NCBI RefSeq assembly: GCF_006345805.1
Contig: NC_042999.1
Coordinates: 74,710,001-74,774,000, forward strand
Direction: 5' to 3'
DNA length: 64,000 nucleotides
Source of the DNA: Octopus sinensis
Taxonomy: Eukaryota
Shown here piece by piece: positions 24,838-39,223 of the stretch. The notes beneath the pieces are model-generated. The model ran no database searches. It was not told where the DNA came from and saw only the letters and a list, made by a program, of their open reading frames with translations. Position 1 is the stretch's first letter, and each line of letters starts with the position of its first letter. The position numbers and the translations under genes are program-made.

Positions 24838-25146
24838 GTTTGTATAAACATCTTCCTGGGATTATTGAAACACTGTCAAGTGCTATTGCTCCAGATGTGC
24901 TGTTTCCCTCCTTTGAGTATGCAAAGTGAATGTTGTGAATTCCTCCAGACAATGTGATATTGACACCTCTCCACATATCATAATCAAATTTAGAAAGGCT
25001 CATTAGGTAAGTATCATTGTCATAAACCGATACAGTACCATTTCCATAAAACATGTAATGAAAGTTAAAGCAGAAAGTCTCTTCAATTTCTATTTGAGGT
25101 ACTGTAAACTTGCTTTCTTTACTATAATTTGACATTATATATTGGC
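24838..25146 (-). CDS. Host gene exon: MAM domain 2, C-terminal part (QYIMSNYS...FCFNFHYMFYG...GAIALDSVSIIPGRCLYK)
   Basis: Acceptor ttttgcag, donor gtaaga, 309 nt, phase 1-1; CF.F.Y.M.G and IALD.V....G.C motifs. Lies within ORF 24764..25309. Confidence 0.92.
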
Positions 25147-25633
25147 CTGCAAAATAAAGTAATATTTCATTGTAAGTAAATATCATGACAAGAGACCACG
25201 CATTTAAAGTGTGTAGGAAAATGAAAAGCTTATAGAATTTTATGATTTTACTTGCTGGGTTGGGAAAAAGAGGAAGTACCCATGGTATCTGTGGTTCTTC
25301 CAAGACCAAAGAGATTCAAGCCATTACTCTGTTTGCTTTTGTTTGTTTGTTTTTGAGAAAACAAACATGTGCAGGATAACCATCAGTAGAAAGGAAATTT
25401 CAGAAGGCTGATGTCTTGGAGAGGAAGGACTGAGCAATGTGGTTAGTACAGAACCTGGCAGAGTTGGACATTACATGGGTGATGAAAGGATGGATGGGTT
25501 GGGACTGCTTGAGTTGAGGTGGCATGAGACCATATTGTTCTGAGGAATAGGCTACTTTAGTGGTGGTATCAAAAGTAGAGAGAGACGACCACATGTTTGC
25601 AGGCCAGTGGCTAGAGTAAGACTCTGAGTAATA

Positions 25634-25848
25634 TAATCCTTTCTACTCTAGGCACAAGGCCTGAAGTTTGAGGGGAGGGCTAAGTTGATTACCTCGACCC
25701 CAGTGCTCAACTGGTACTTAATTTATCAATCCCAAAAGGATGAAAGGCAAAGTCGGCCTCAGTAGAATTTGAACTCAGAATGTGAAGATGGGTGAAATGC
25801 CACTAAGCATTTTGCTTGGTATTCTAGTGATTCAGCCAGCTTGCTGCC
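25634..25848 (-). mobile_element. tRNA-derived SINE family B with an apparent target-site duplication
   Basis: Reverse complement of the family B sequence; flanked by actctgagtaat (25621) and actctgaagtaat (25851). Confidence 0.85.
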
Positions 25849-25879
25849 TTACTCTGAAGTAATGTGAAGAAGTTGAGTG

Positions 25880-28800
25880 ACTTTTCCTTGGATGCAATCT
25901 AGGATGTTTGTATATGCAATAGTAATACTGTCCCAGATGTGAGAACAGCACATTCCACAACAAAAGATTTAAGGCCATTTTCCTTCATAAAACTGGAGTT
26001 GGCTTAATGTGTCCAATGATAATCTTTCCATTTTGTTTCATTGCCTTCATTTTCCCTCACTAATACCCTTGCCCTCATTTCCTCTGCATTAATCTTTAAC
26101 AATGTCTGTTTTGTTCTTCCACTTTCCTCTGACTCCCTCCACATTTGTTTCCATCAATCCTCTCACTTAGTCACTTTCACCCATCCCCAGCATATGACCT
26201 AGTCAATTTTCTTTACAGCATCCATCACTAACTATATTCCTATTATCTACACTTAATTTGGTTGCATTCTTCTCTATTAGTGGTACTCAGTTCATCTACC
26301 AAACCATTCTAAGTTCTTTTCTTTCCAACCTTCTGTGCTACTTCACATTTATACAGGTCCCATAAATCATAACACTTGTTCCCATAAATCATAGTACTTC
26401 TTACTCATGATACATAAACCTCTCCATTTATTTTCAGTGGTACCCATCTTTTCATTACCATACAACTCACTTTCAGGAATGTCATCCATGTACATCCCAC
26501 TCTAGCCATCATTGCCATTTGAAAGGTCTGAGGTAACCAAATGCTTTCTCACCTTTCATCTTCATACCATTTTCAAGACTCAGTTCAATTTACCCTCTAA
26601 CTACAGCTCTCTCTATGCATATACTTAAATATAACTACCACATTAATCAATTTTCAATGAATTCACTCAGTGGATAGGGTACACTTAAAAGAGTTCCAAC
26701 ACCCTTTATGCATGCTGCACATGGTCTTTTCATCTCATCACATGCTTCCCCACTTGCTAGTACCTATCCTTACAACTATGCACACTCTCTCATACACTGT
26801 CATCCCTGCTCTAAGCAATCCTTCCTATACTTTTTAACTCTCTTAATGCCCCAGTCACCATTTTGTGTGAAATCCTATCAAAAACCTCCTCCAGCCTAGA
26901 AACATTTTCTCTTTTAATTGCCTCACAATACTTAAAAAGAAAAGTACAATAGTTGTTCCTCTTTCTGATGTAAATGACCCAGCTTTTAACAAATAAACAG
27001 AACATTAATGACATTAAAGTCACTAATCTTCAAGAGCTGGTGAAAGAGATAGGCATTATCCCTTCCTGTAAATCTAACATATAAAAAGAAGATAAAAGCC
27101 TGTTTTTCATTACACTTCACTTCCTGTCTCATTCTCTTGATTACTAACTCTCATCTAACTTCATTCCATGCTCCATTAGATTAATTGCTCTAAATGAGCC
27201 ACAGACTTAAGAATCACTTTTCTCATGAACAGAACAATTCTCAGAATATGACTTTTTCCCCAACCAGCCTATAAATCTCAGTAATTTTCTTCATACTTTA
27301 ACTTTCCACAAGTTTTAACATACTTTCCAGAACTTTTCTCAGATCTCCTGCTTTTCAGTTTTTCAATTCTCTTATTAATTTCTCAAATACTTTTTCTATT
27401 ATTTCCTCTGCCATTCCAAAAAGTGAATAGCTCTCTATGCTTTCATCCAATTGATTTCTCAAGTTGAACAGCCTCCCCACATATCCTTTTAATTTTCCCT
27501 TAGTTCCATCTTAGGTCACAATTTATTCCACTTCATCCTTCAAGCAGCTCACTCTTGTCACATTGCATCTCTCTCTGGTTGTTTTGCAATCTTAAATACC
27601 TCTCTCTGACCTTGCTCTCAATCTATATGTACTCTCTCTCTTTTACTCTTTTACTTGTTTCAGTCATTTGACTGTGGCCATGCTGGAGCACCACCTTTAA
27701 TCGAGCAACTCGACCCCGGGACTTATTTGTTTGTAAGCCCAGTACTTATGCTATCGGTCTCTTTTGCCGGACCGCTAAGTAACGGGGACATAAACACACC
27801 AGCATCGGTTGTCAAGCAATGCTAGGGGGACAAACACAGACACACAAACACACACACGCATATATATATATACATATATACGACAGGCTTCTTTCAGTTT
27901 CCGTCTACCAAATCCACTCACAAGGCTTTGGTCAGCCCAAGGCTATAGTAGAAGACACTTGCCCAAGGTGCCACGCAGTGGGACTGAACCTGGAACCCTG
28001 TGGTTGGTAAACAAGCTACTTACCATACAGCCACTCCTGCGCCTATGAATATTTTTTAATGTACTTCTTTCTTTATAGCCTTTTTGCTGCTTTGTAACTT
28101 TCATGAGGTGTATCCTCTGCTACTGATATCCCATAACCTCTGCCATTCTCTGAACCTCTTCCCCTTGTCATCATCTTATCACCATCTTTCTGAGTGTCTT
28201 GGCGAGTCTCTTGTTCATCCATACACACCATCACTACTTACTAAAAATTATCCTTCAGTGACCTCTAACCATTTTCATGTTCAACGATTTCACCCTCAAC
28301 TGTACTCAGCTTCTCATTTAAAGCCTCTCTCATTCTCACTCCTTTCAGTCTGACACTTTTATCTTTAATTGGTACTTCATCTGCTGAGCTCTCCTCCTTT
28401 TCTTACTCTGATGTCATACAAACTATATGATGCCTCCTCTCCTGGGATTACATTTGTACCTGTATTCTGAAGATTTCACCTGTCTCATTACATATGTGCC
28501 TTCAAGTTATCAACAAGTGACATCAACCAAACTGATGTATTAAATATGTGTATTATCTGCTTTCTTAAAGAGAAAATATAACAGATTAATAACTCTATCA
28601 ACACATTCCAAAACTCTTTCATCCATACCATCCCTTACACCATATTTGTAATCCCTATAATCTTTCTCCAAGCCATGCTAATTTTCACATTCATTCAAGT
28701 CCCTTCCAACTACAATAACTTCCTCATCTTTCATATTTTCTCTCAGTTTCTCTATCAAATACCAAATCCATCCTCTTCAAAACTCTGAAATAATGTTCAG

Positions 28801-29110
28801 CAAGATCTTTCCAATCACCATCATCACCAACATCAGCTTTTCATTTGTTTTTATCAAAGCCACCACACTATCTACAAAATCTACATAAATCTAGGCACAA
28901 AATCCATATACATCATTTGGACAACCTCACTACCTAAATTCGTACTTCTGTCCTTGCCTTTCCCTCTTCACTCTCAAACAACTTCATTTCGATCTTTTGA
29001 CAACATGATACCAACTTTCTTTTGATCAATGTGTCATCCACCTTCTCCGATCTCTCTGTCATCTTTCCTACATCCCATGTCCCAAATTTCAGGCGTCAAT
29101 CTTTACAAGG
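25880..29110 (-). mobile_element. Old, heavily decayed RTE LINE (APE to RT), interrupted by a SINE
   Basis: The 5' part translates LKFGTWDVGKMTERS (APE start GTWNV) and VIVVGRDLN (GDFN motif); purine-rich minus strand throughout. Confidence 0.6.
27641..28043 (-). mobile_element. tRNA-derived SINE family A (full length)
   Basis: Minus-strand head aggcgcaggagtggctgtatggtaag...ggttcagtccc (A and B boxes), internal (TG)/(TA) repeat, 3' tail ggtgctccagcatggccacagtcaaatgactgaaacaag. Confidence 0.9.
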
Positions 29111-29790
29111 GACCATCATAAAATGAGCTAATTTCTCCCTTGCTTTGACTATGTTCTCCAATTTGAGCTTGAGAAAAGGAAATGAGGATCTGCACAGAGT
29201 ACATTGGATCATGAGCAACCCATATGTAATCACTCATCATGGGGTTCTTTTTGAGGTAGTGTTTTGCAGCTTGTTGCCCTTCCTGATTGTGACCCTTTTA
29301 ACCACCTCTTATGATATGTTGCAATACAGTGTACCTATTCCAAATTGGGATACATGTAATTTATACTTTTGTTGGTAAGGAAAAAAGAAGTTTCTTTATG
29401 ATATTACATTGTAATGAAACATACATAGTACCTATACATTCATAAGATGAAATCATTTTGAGTATTGTCTACTAAATGTGAAAATATTGTGAAAAAAGAT
29501 AAGCACAAGGGAATCATGAAAGCACTCTTAATGAGAGTGAATACTAGATAGAGGTATAGCTGAGTGGGACAAAAATGAATTAATGAGAAGAAATGCCTGT
29601 AGAAGAAGCTAAATACAGACCTGAAAGGAAATAGCTAAATTAGCACCAAAAATCTTGAGTTTCATAGAAAAAAATATGCAATATTGATAAGCACTGAGAA
29701 ATAGTTTATGGCAGACATCTCCAGTACATGTTATCATGGAGATATAAATATTGAAATAGCAAATAATTTAAATGTTGAAAGATATTTCAC

Positions 29791-29925
29791 CTTCATATGT
29801 TCCTTCTGAATTATCAATTGAGGGTATATTGCCAAACATTCCAGTAGATATCCCCCATGCATTTTCTGGGTGACTTTTACAACCACACATATTAGTATCT
29901 TCAAAATCACATGAAAAGTATTTTG
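29791..29925 (-). CDS. Host gene exon: MAM domain 2, N-terminal part (KYFSCDFEDTNMCGCKSHPENAWGISTGMFGNIPSIDNSEGTYE)
   Basis: Acceptor gaatttcag, donor gtgaaa, 135 nt, phase 1-1; classic CDFE..CG...W....P..D...G MAM motif. This frame is absent from the ORF track. Confidence 0.88.
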
Positions 29926-30728
29926 CTGAAATTCAGAATAAGTTAAGATCAGTAAAGGAGCAAATAGTGACAATGACAATATTCCTGGTATTTCAATGAT
30001 CTATCAGTAATCTAATGATTGATTATTGAACTTAGTTTCATTAGTATAAAATTTATCTAGCAATTTTACATTTCATTAGTAATATAGATAACAATAGTAG
30101 TGATAGAAAGCTTAAACCATTATTCGAATTAAGCTTTTGAATCTGAACATAGAGACACTTTCTGTGAGCATATTTTTGCATGTCAGATCAGATGTAATTT
30201 GTTTGTAGAAACAAAGTTTATTGTAGTTAGAAAGAAGTTATGAATTTTATTGTGGACTTGAAACCAACCCAGACTCTAAATCTATAAACTGATGTATTGA
30301 GTACAAAGCAAAAATATTTTCCCTCTTGTTTTTTTTATATTTAAAGATATATCTTTAACTGATAGGTTATCAACATACTTATAAGTGTGAAAAATACATA
30401 TTTTGAAGCAAACTCATATGAAGCAACTGTGTATTCACAAACTGTACTAAGTGATATGACAAGCTAGATAGTGCAACTAATAATGGAGAGAAAGGGAGAG
30501 AGAGAGAGAGGGGGTGGGGGAAGAAAAGAGAGAAAGAGAATGTGGTTTGGTTGTTTGGTTTCTTAGACATAGCAACAAATTTCTATCAAATCACATTTTC
30601 ATGTCTTAAAGAAAAGAGGTTCACATTAGAAAATGTAGTATAAATGAATTATATCTGAACAAAAAATAAAATGAACAGAGTGGTTCCATCTGATTATAGA
30701 TTTGTTTGGTCAGATTTACTTGATAAAA

Positions 30729-31291
30729 AGACCTTGCACCAACTTACTATCACGTTTTATAGGTATTAGACAACTTTTTGCAAGGAAGAAACTTCAAATC
30801 TGCAGCACTCAGACTGATCAAATCTAATCAAACCAGCCAACACATCCCAGCATGGAAAATGGATATTAAAAGATGATGACGATGATGATTTGAAGATAGT
30901 TATTTATTCTTGACACCAGGTAAGTCAATTACAGTGGATGTATACATCAACCAACTGGATGAAATGCAAGGTCTGGTGAATATGGTGGATGACAGAGTAC
31001 TTCCAAGTTCAGTTCTTGTAATTTGAGTAGTGTTCTTCATGCAACATGTGGTCAAGTATGTCTTGCAAGAGAATTGGCCTGTCTCTGTTGACCAATTTTG
31101 GTTCTTTAATTGCAAATTCACTCATCATTTCATCCAGTTGGTTGATGTATACATCCACTGTAATTGACTTACCTGGTGTCAAGAATAAATAACTATCTTC
31201 AAATCATCATCGTCATCATCTTTTAATATCCATTTTCCATGCTGGGATGTGTTGGCTGGTTTTATTAGATTTGATCAGTCTGAGTGCTGCA
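30729..31291. repeat. Rearranged local copy of the neighbouring mariner with a 166-bp near-perfect inverted repeat
   Basis: 30801-30966 is the reverse complement of 31126-31291 with one mismatch; 30729-30802 is inverted 31957-32030; 30965-31186 is a direct copy of 32021-32242. Confidence 0.92.
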
Positions 31292-31771
31292 CCATGTACT
31301 AGTGTCTGCTTTGGTATGATTTCTATAGCTGCATGATTCCCCTAATTCCAACTACTTCACAGAGTGTTTTGGGTGCTTTTTTTCCTGATATCAGCATTAA
31401 TGAGGTTACCATACATCTCACAAGGCTAAAATCTTTTAATGTACTGAGGCTACTAGAGAAAAAGATAGATTTTATGCAAGAAGATTACTTCTAACAGTTT
31501 GAATCTCGTTTTAATCTGGTCTTTCTCTCTCTCTGTTGCATCATGGATGAGTTTTTGTCAAAGTTCTTCAACTCAAGATGGCAATACTTTGGCTAATGAC
31601 ACACATGTATCTATTTAAAAGATACTAACTAATAGCCAAATACTATTTCAGTTATCAAAGATATCTGGTTTAACTAGAACTTTCACAATGAGCTTCAATA
31701 CTAGCTGTGATACAAGAAGTTTTAATTTTGGTAGTTCAAAGGGAGCTATCATGGGTGTTAGCAACCATCTA

Positions 31772-32992
31772 TCAGGTCATTAAGAATGAAATGTCCAATT
31801 TTGAACTGAAAGTTTATTTTACTTTATCTCAACAAACTTGCACCTAAATTATCAACACAGTTTGCCATTTTATTGGTAGCTCTTTTATGCTGGCAGCAAA
31901 GAATTCTGGAGAGCAAGAGGTGATGAAATCATGAAAGGCTGTTTTTGCATTTTCTTCAGATTTGAAGTTTCTTCCTTGTAAAAAGTTGTCTAATACCTAT
32001 AAAACGTGATAGTAAGTTGGTGCAAGGTCTGGTGAATATGGTGGATGACAGAGTACTTCCAAGTTCAGTTCTTGTAATTTGAGTAGTGTTCTTCATGCAA
32101 CATGTGGTCAAGTATGTCTTGCAAGAGAATTGGCCTGTCTCTATTGACCAATTTTGGTTCTTTAATTGCAAATTCACTCATCATTTCATCCAGTTGGTTG
32201 ATGTATACATCCACTGTAATTGACTTACTTGGTGTCAAGAATCTGTAGTGGATGACACCAGCACTGGACCACCAAATAGACACCATTAGTTTTTTTTGGT
32301 GAATATTCTGCTTCGGATTGTGTTTTGGCATGTCATCTCTATCCAGCTATCATACAGAGCGCTTGCTATTGTTGAAAAGAATCCATTTTTCCTCACATGT
32401 AACAATTTGATATAAGAATGGTTCATGTCTATGCCATGACAGCAAAGAACAAGTTTCTAGATGGTGTGTTTGATGCTCATTCAGTTCATGTGGTACCCAC
32501 TTGTCCAGTTTCTTTACCTTGCTGATTTGTTTCAGATGGTCGAATACAGTTGGAATCAAAATATCAAACCTTGCTGCTAACTCACACATAGTTTGAGATG
32601 TATCCGCTTCCACTACAGTTTTCAGCACATCATTATCCACCAGGGCTGATTTTCAAGAGTAAAGTCACCAGACCAGAACTTCTCAAACCATCAACGTACA
32701 GTACATTCATTCACCAGATCTTCACCAAACACCTCACTGATGTTTCAAGCTGTCTTGGATGCATTGGTTCCATAATGGAACTCACATTCATAAACAACAC
32801 GAATTTTTTATCTTGCCATGGTTCACAAAAATTGAGTTACAAGAGAAAAATCATAATATAATCAGACACTATGAATTGCATTTCGAAGAGTGATGATGTA
32901 ACTTATCACTTTGTAAAACAAAGAATTGTCCAGATAACAACTGTCAAACTTGATGCATAACAAAATTGAGCATTTCATTCTTAATGACCTGA
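31772..32992 (-). mobile_element. Full-length decayed mariner (1221 bp) with TA target duplication
   Basis: TIR tcaggtcattaagaatgaaatg at both ends, each flanked by TA. Motifs KWVPHEL, IVTCEEKWILF, LMVSIWWSS, HPPYSPDLAPT. Several stops and frameshifts. Confidence 0.93.
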
Positions 32993-33821
32993 TATTTTGT
33001 ATAACACCAGAGTGACACTAGGAGCCATTATGATCTGTATGGTATACTCTTGACTCTGATGGGTTCTTGGAGGTTTTGTAAATATTTTGAGGGATTGGGA
33101 GTATCAAGAAAATGATAGACAAAATACTTTATAGTATTGAGTTATATATATTGCTTTACATTCTTAAGTTAACCTTGCCTTTTATTCTTCTGGGTTCAAT
33201 AAAATTATCAGTTAAATAGTTAGGTTCATACATTTGTTTATATCCATTAGTCCAAATTTGTGACACTGTGCATATGTGAAAAATAAATATTATTGAATGA
33301 TTTATGTGTAATGAAGCAAATTATTCATTTTATCTTCTAACTGTAAGTTTTTTCCTGTAATGGGAAACTTGCATGAATTTGCTAAAATATGAAAGAAAGC
33401 TCTTTCAGTTGAGTATAATCATGTGATATTATATATATTCATATGTAACTGTGTAATGACATAGTTATATACATGCACACACGTTCATATGAGTGCATAA
33501 TTACTGAAGCAAACAGATCATTTAAACACAATACTTTTGCAAACATCAAAATATACATAAATGCATCCACACAAACATGTGCAAGTATACACATATAGAA
33601 AGATATACATACTTATATTAAAAAAAAGCATACTTAAAGCAAATTAAAATACTTTAAAAAATTAATTCTTTTTTGAACAAAATGACATTAAGTTTTACTT
33701 ACGACAATTTGCTTCATCACTGCCAGTAATGCAATTTTCGTAATTGTTACACAGATTTTTTTCATTGATACATTTTGAATTGTCTAAACATTTATGGCTA
33801 TACTTTGGACAATCTGTAATT

Positions 33822-33822
33822 G

Positions 33823-33889
<67 letters not shown>

Positions 33890-33890
33890 A

Positions 33891-33958
<68 letters not shown>

Positions 33959-33959
33959 A

Positions 33960-34026
<67 letters not shown>
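33822..34026. repeat. Long (AAT)n tract with two gataatgaa interruptions (Dong 5' target)
   Basis: Direct reading. Confidence 0.95.
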
Positions 34027-34027
<1 letters not shown>

Positions 34028-34032
<5 letters not shown>

Positions 34033-37000
34033 CAACAGTAACTGAAGATCTCGCATTTGCTGAAGAACACAGAGAGTCTATAGCAGAAATGAGGCTGAAA
34101 ATCCTGAATACGCTTGAAGTTGTAAGACATACAAGTATGAATGATAGAGAACCGCTTCATAAACTCTCAAATACAAACCAAAATAAAAAACAAATCCAAA
34201 TTGGCAACTATGTAACAAATGAAATAATACGAGAATTAAAACCTGATTTTACTGAGTTAAATGAAATTATTTACGCTTCTGCTAGGGCAATTGAAACCAG
34301 CTGTATGCCCCCGAAAAAACAAAGAAAACAAAACCTGGGAAGAAATCAAACCTGGAGAAGTAAAATTGAAAAAGAGATTGAATTTATGAGAGGGGAAATA
34401 TCAATATTAAATGAACTAATATGTGGAAATGATGTAAGATCCAGAACAGGAAGAAAGATGAGAAAATTTGGATCCTCACCAAGAGAAGAACTGATATCAA
34501 TAAAAGAAACGCTGAAACAAAAAGTCCAAGCAAAAGCCCAAAGAATACGAAGATTTGAGAAGAGAAACAAGTTTTACAAGCAAAATAAGCTGTTCACATC
34601 CAATGCCAAAAAATTCTACAAAGAAATAGGGAAGGAGAAAGTAACCGTTAAAGACGCCCCTCCCATGGAAGAAGTTCAAAACTTTTGGAAAAGGATTTGG
34701 AGTGACAAGAAGACGTACAACATAAATGCAGACTGGATTATACAAACTGAAGGATCCTACCAAAATTTACAACAACAAGCATGGGAAGACATCACAATAG
34801 CAGACCTAAGAAAGGCACTCACGAAGGCCCATAATTGGAAATCCCCCGGTAAAGATAGGGTGCCGAATTTCTGGCTCGCATCGCTCCCGTGCGCACACGG
34901 TAAGCTAGTTCAGCTGCTCAATGGAATTATGAGAGACCCAAAGAAAACACCTGAATGGTTAGCAAGTGGCATTACTTACCTACTCCCAAAGAATAACGAA
35001 ACCAGCCTTCCAAAAAACTATCGGCCTATAACCTGTCTATCCACCACGTATAAAATCCTAACATCTATCCTGGCGGAGAAAACATATGCATTCATGGAGA
35101 AGAACGATATTTTCCCCATTGAACAAAAAGGGTGCCGCCGAGGCTCTTACGGATGCAAAGATCAACTGCTAATCAATCGTATGATCCTTGAGAACTGTCA
35201 CAACAAGCGCAGAAATCTCAGCACCGCATGGATTGACTATAAAAAGGCCTTCGACAGTATACCGCATCCATGGATCTTGAGATCGCTGGACATCTTCAAA
35301 ATTTCCCCTGTGATTTCAAACTTCCTGAAGCACAATATGTCGTTGTGGAATACGAATCTCCAATTATACCACTCTAATGGAGTACTTGCCTCAGAAAATA
35401 TAAACATCAACTGTGGAATTTTTCAAGGTGACTCACTTTCACCTTTAATATTCTGCATAGCCCTAATACCCCTTACAAGTGAATTAAACAGAACAGGGTA
35501 TGGGTATAAAATTGCCAATAAAAAAATAAGCCATCTATTTTATATGGATGACTTAAAACTTTATGGTAAAGACAATAATGAACTTGAAGGCCTATTGCGC
35601 ACCATGAAATCATTCAGCGATGACATCGGGATGGAGTTTGGACTTGAGAAGTGTGCCAAGGCCACTTTCCAGAAAGGGAAAGTGAAGACCACAAATTCAG
35701 TCGTGTTAGATGTTGACACAGTCATAAGAGAGCTTGAGCAAGAACAAACATACAAATATTTAGGGATAAATGAAGGCTCTGGTATTCAGCATGCAAGCAT
35801 GAAAGAGAAAATCAGGAAGGAATGTTATAGGAGAGTTCGTGCAGTCCTGAAATCTGAACTAAATGCACGTAACAAGGTGTTAGCTATAAATTCCCTAGCA
35901 GTTCCAGTTGTTACTTATAGCTACAATGTGTTGAACTGGAATATGAGTGAAGTAAAGAATATAGATAGAAAAATACGCAAGCTGCTGAGTTGTAATAGGA
36001 TGCACCACCCAAAGGCAGACGTAGATCGCCTTTACCTTCCCAGAGCCCAAGGAGGTCGAGGCCTGATCCAATTTGAACTAGCTTACAAAACAACCACAAT
36101 TGGACTGGCCAAATATCTCGAAATATCGAATGACTGGATGCTAAAGCTCGTGGAAAATCACGAGAGACGAAAGAAGCTTCATTCTATCATCAAGGAAAGC
36201 AAAAAATTTGCTATTGATTTCGTGCAGGATACCCAAACTGAACAACCCGAGGGAAGTACGGCAACTATTGTTGCAAAGAAGGTGAAAATGATGGCAATGA
36301 AAAAAGCGCATGAGCAATTGGCTGATAGGTGGGAGGAGAAACCTCTGCACAGCAAATATGTGACCCGCAGCAAACAAGCTGATGTTGACCAGAAGCAAAC
36401 CCATCAGTGGCTGCGGAGCTCAGGGCTAAAAGCAGAGAGTGAAGGTTTCATCCTGGCTGCTCAAGACCAAAGCCTATCAACCCGGAACTACCAGGCCAAT
36501 GTGATGAAAAATGGAGCAGACCCAAAATGCCGATTCTGCAACGACATGATTGAAACAGTGGACCACCTAATCTCTGGATGTAAAGTCTTAGCACCAGTGG
36601 AGTATAAATTAAGACATGACAGAGTTGGCCAATATCTCCACTGGCTAATAAGTCGGCATTACAATATCAAAACTGCCGACAAGTGGTTTAATCACCACCC
36701 TGAGGCTGTAACTGAAGGAGAAAATGTAACCATTCTGTGGGACTTTCCAGTACATACAGACCGAACCATCAGGGCCAAATAAACCAGATATTGTTGTGAA
36801 AGACCAAAACAATAAAGTTTGCTTATTGATCGACATGAGCATCACCTGTGATCATAATATCTCAGCGAAAGAGTTTGACAAGCTCAGAAAATATAAAGAC
36901 CTACTCATTGAAATTGAGAAAATGTGGCATCTCAAGGCGGTTACAATACCTGTGATCGTAGGAGCACTAGGAATGATCAAGAAGGGAACCGAAAATTATA

Positions 37001-37275
37001 TGAGAATGATCCCTGGCTTACCATCCCTGCAAGAAGTGCAAAAGATTGTCTTAACTGGTACATCACACGTATTGAGAAGAGCATTGTCGATGTGAGAACT
37101 GTTGCTGCTCATGCATTTTAATTTAACTTTAAAAAAAAAAAATAAAAAAATGAACGAACTACTGAGTTTGGTTTAATGGCCTACCAATATACACTATGAG
37201 TTTCTTTGCCCTAGGAGTCGGGAAGACACTCGGCAAGAAATGGAAGAAAATTTGAAAGAAGAAGAAAAAAAAAGT
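34028..37275 (+). mobile_element. Dong/R4-clade RT-RLE retrotransposon, subfamily A, nearly intact
   Basis: ORF from ATG 34089 with RT (NYRPITCL, EQKGCR, WIDYKKAFDS, GIFQGDSLSP, YMDD) and a CCHC knuckle (CRFC..MIETVDHLISGC). One +1 frameshift near 36778, then the RLE domain (KPDIVVKD..LIDMSI..KYKDL) to stop 37095. Confidence 0.95.
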
Positions 37276-37293
37276 AATAATAATAATAATAAT

Positions 37294-39223
37294 AACAAAG
37301 TAGCACCAACAATCATAATTAACAAAGTAGCACCAACAATCATAAAATTCATAGAGCACTCTATAAATAAATGGCAAACAGTCCTACACCTCCAAACAAA
37401 AGAGGGACTCATGAAAACCAAAGACATCCCCATTAGAAGAGGAATATTCCAGGGAGACACGCTCTCTCCACTCCTTTTCTGCTTGGCACTGTCACCTCTA
37501 TCTGATATGCTAAATAGAACTGGATGCGGATATAAATGTTACGGCAAAACGATCAGCCACCTTTTATATATGGATGACCTAAAACTATACGCTGCAAATG
37601 ACAAACAGCTGGAAACACTATTAAAGACAGTTCATGGATTTACCAAAGAAATAGAAATGAAATTTGGATTAGAAAAATGCGCCAAAGTAACCATGAAAAG
37701 AGGAAAACTAGTTAAGAGTAACAACATCACACTAGATAAAACCAATGAAATAAAAGAATTAGACCAAAGCCAAACTTACAAATACTTAGGAATCCATGAA
37801 CTAGATAAGACACAACACACACAAATGAAAGAGAAAATAAAAAAAGAATATTATAGACGAGTTAGATCAATACTAAAAACAGAGCTCAATGCTAAAAACA
37901 AGATAATAGGTATCAACACTTTAGCTGTCCCAGTTATAAGTTACAGCTACAATATCCTTAACTGGACACGAAATGAACTGTCCAAAATAGATAGGAAAAC
38001 AAGAAAAATACTGACAGGATCTAGGATGCATCACCCAAAATCTGACATAGAAAGACTATATATACAACGTATAGAAGGTGGTAGAGGCCTTATACAGCTG
38101 GAAAACTACTATAAAATAACCACCATAGGACTGCAAAAATACCTACTTCAGAAGGAAGGAAAACTGATCCAGATAGCAGCAAAACACGAGCAAAACAAAA
38201 AACTGTTCTCAGTATTTAAGGAAGCTGACAAATACAAACAAGAAATCATACCACCTAATAAACACAAAGAAGACGAAGAAGATGATGAAGAAACAACAAA
38301 AGCTATAAAACAAATGAAATCCAAAATAAAAATAGAACAGCAACGAGCCATGATAAAACGATGGCAAGAAAAGCCCCTTCATGGTAAATACTGCACTAAA
38401 CTAAACGCAAACGAAATAGACAAAGAAAAATCCCAGCAATGGTTGAGAAGCTCAGGACTCAAAGCAGAAACAGAGGGATTTTTAATTGCAGCACAAGACC
38501 AAAGCCTCCCCACCAGAAATTACCAAAAACATGTAATGAAAAGAAATATTACAAGTAACTGCAGAATATGTGGAGATGGACAAGAAACAATAAATCATAT
38601 TATCTCTAGCTGCCCAGTCCTGGCTAAGAAGGAATATATTCACAGACATGACAGAGTTGGAACCTACATACATTGGAAGCTATGCCAACATTATGGAATA
38701 ACAACAAAAAAAAGATGGTATAGGCACACACCAGAAAAGGTCACAGAAAACGAGAAAGCAACCATACTCTGGGATATGCCGATACACACAGATAGAGAAA
38801 TTAAGGCCAACAGACCAGATATAGTTGTCAGAGATCATAAAGAAAAAAAATGCTTTCTAATTGATGTATCAATACCGGCAGATAACAACGTGTCTCTAAA
38901 AGAAATGGAGAAACTCTCAAAATACAAAGACCTGGAAATAGAGGTAACTAGAATGTGGAACCTGAAAACAGAAACAATTCCTATCATAGTAGGTGCATTA
39001 GGCATGATAAAAAAATATTCAGACAAATACATAACAAAAACACCAGGACTTACAAACACATATAACATACAGAAAATTGCACTACTAGGCACTGCACACA
39101 TCCTACGCAGAACACTTTCCATACAATAACCATCAGAGCATCACAACAAATCACAGCACATACCCAAGGCACACAGAGCTGCGCTCGGTAGTGAAGTGAA
39201 AGCACGCTATAAAAATAAAACTA

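Noticed and set aside
33744-34088. Poly-Asn N-terminus of the 1012-aa ORF and the overlapping poly-Tyr/poly-Ile ORFs
   Set aside because: These come from translating the (AAT)n target tract; the ORF starts at a non-ATG codon upstream of the element and is not part of a real protein.
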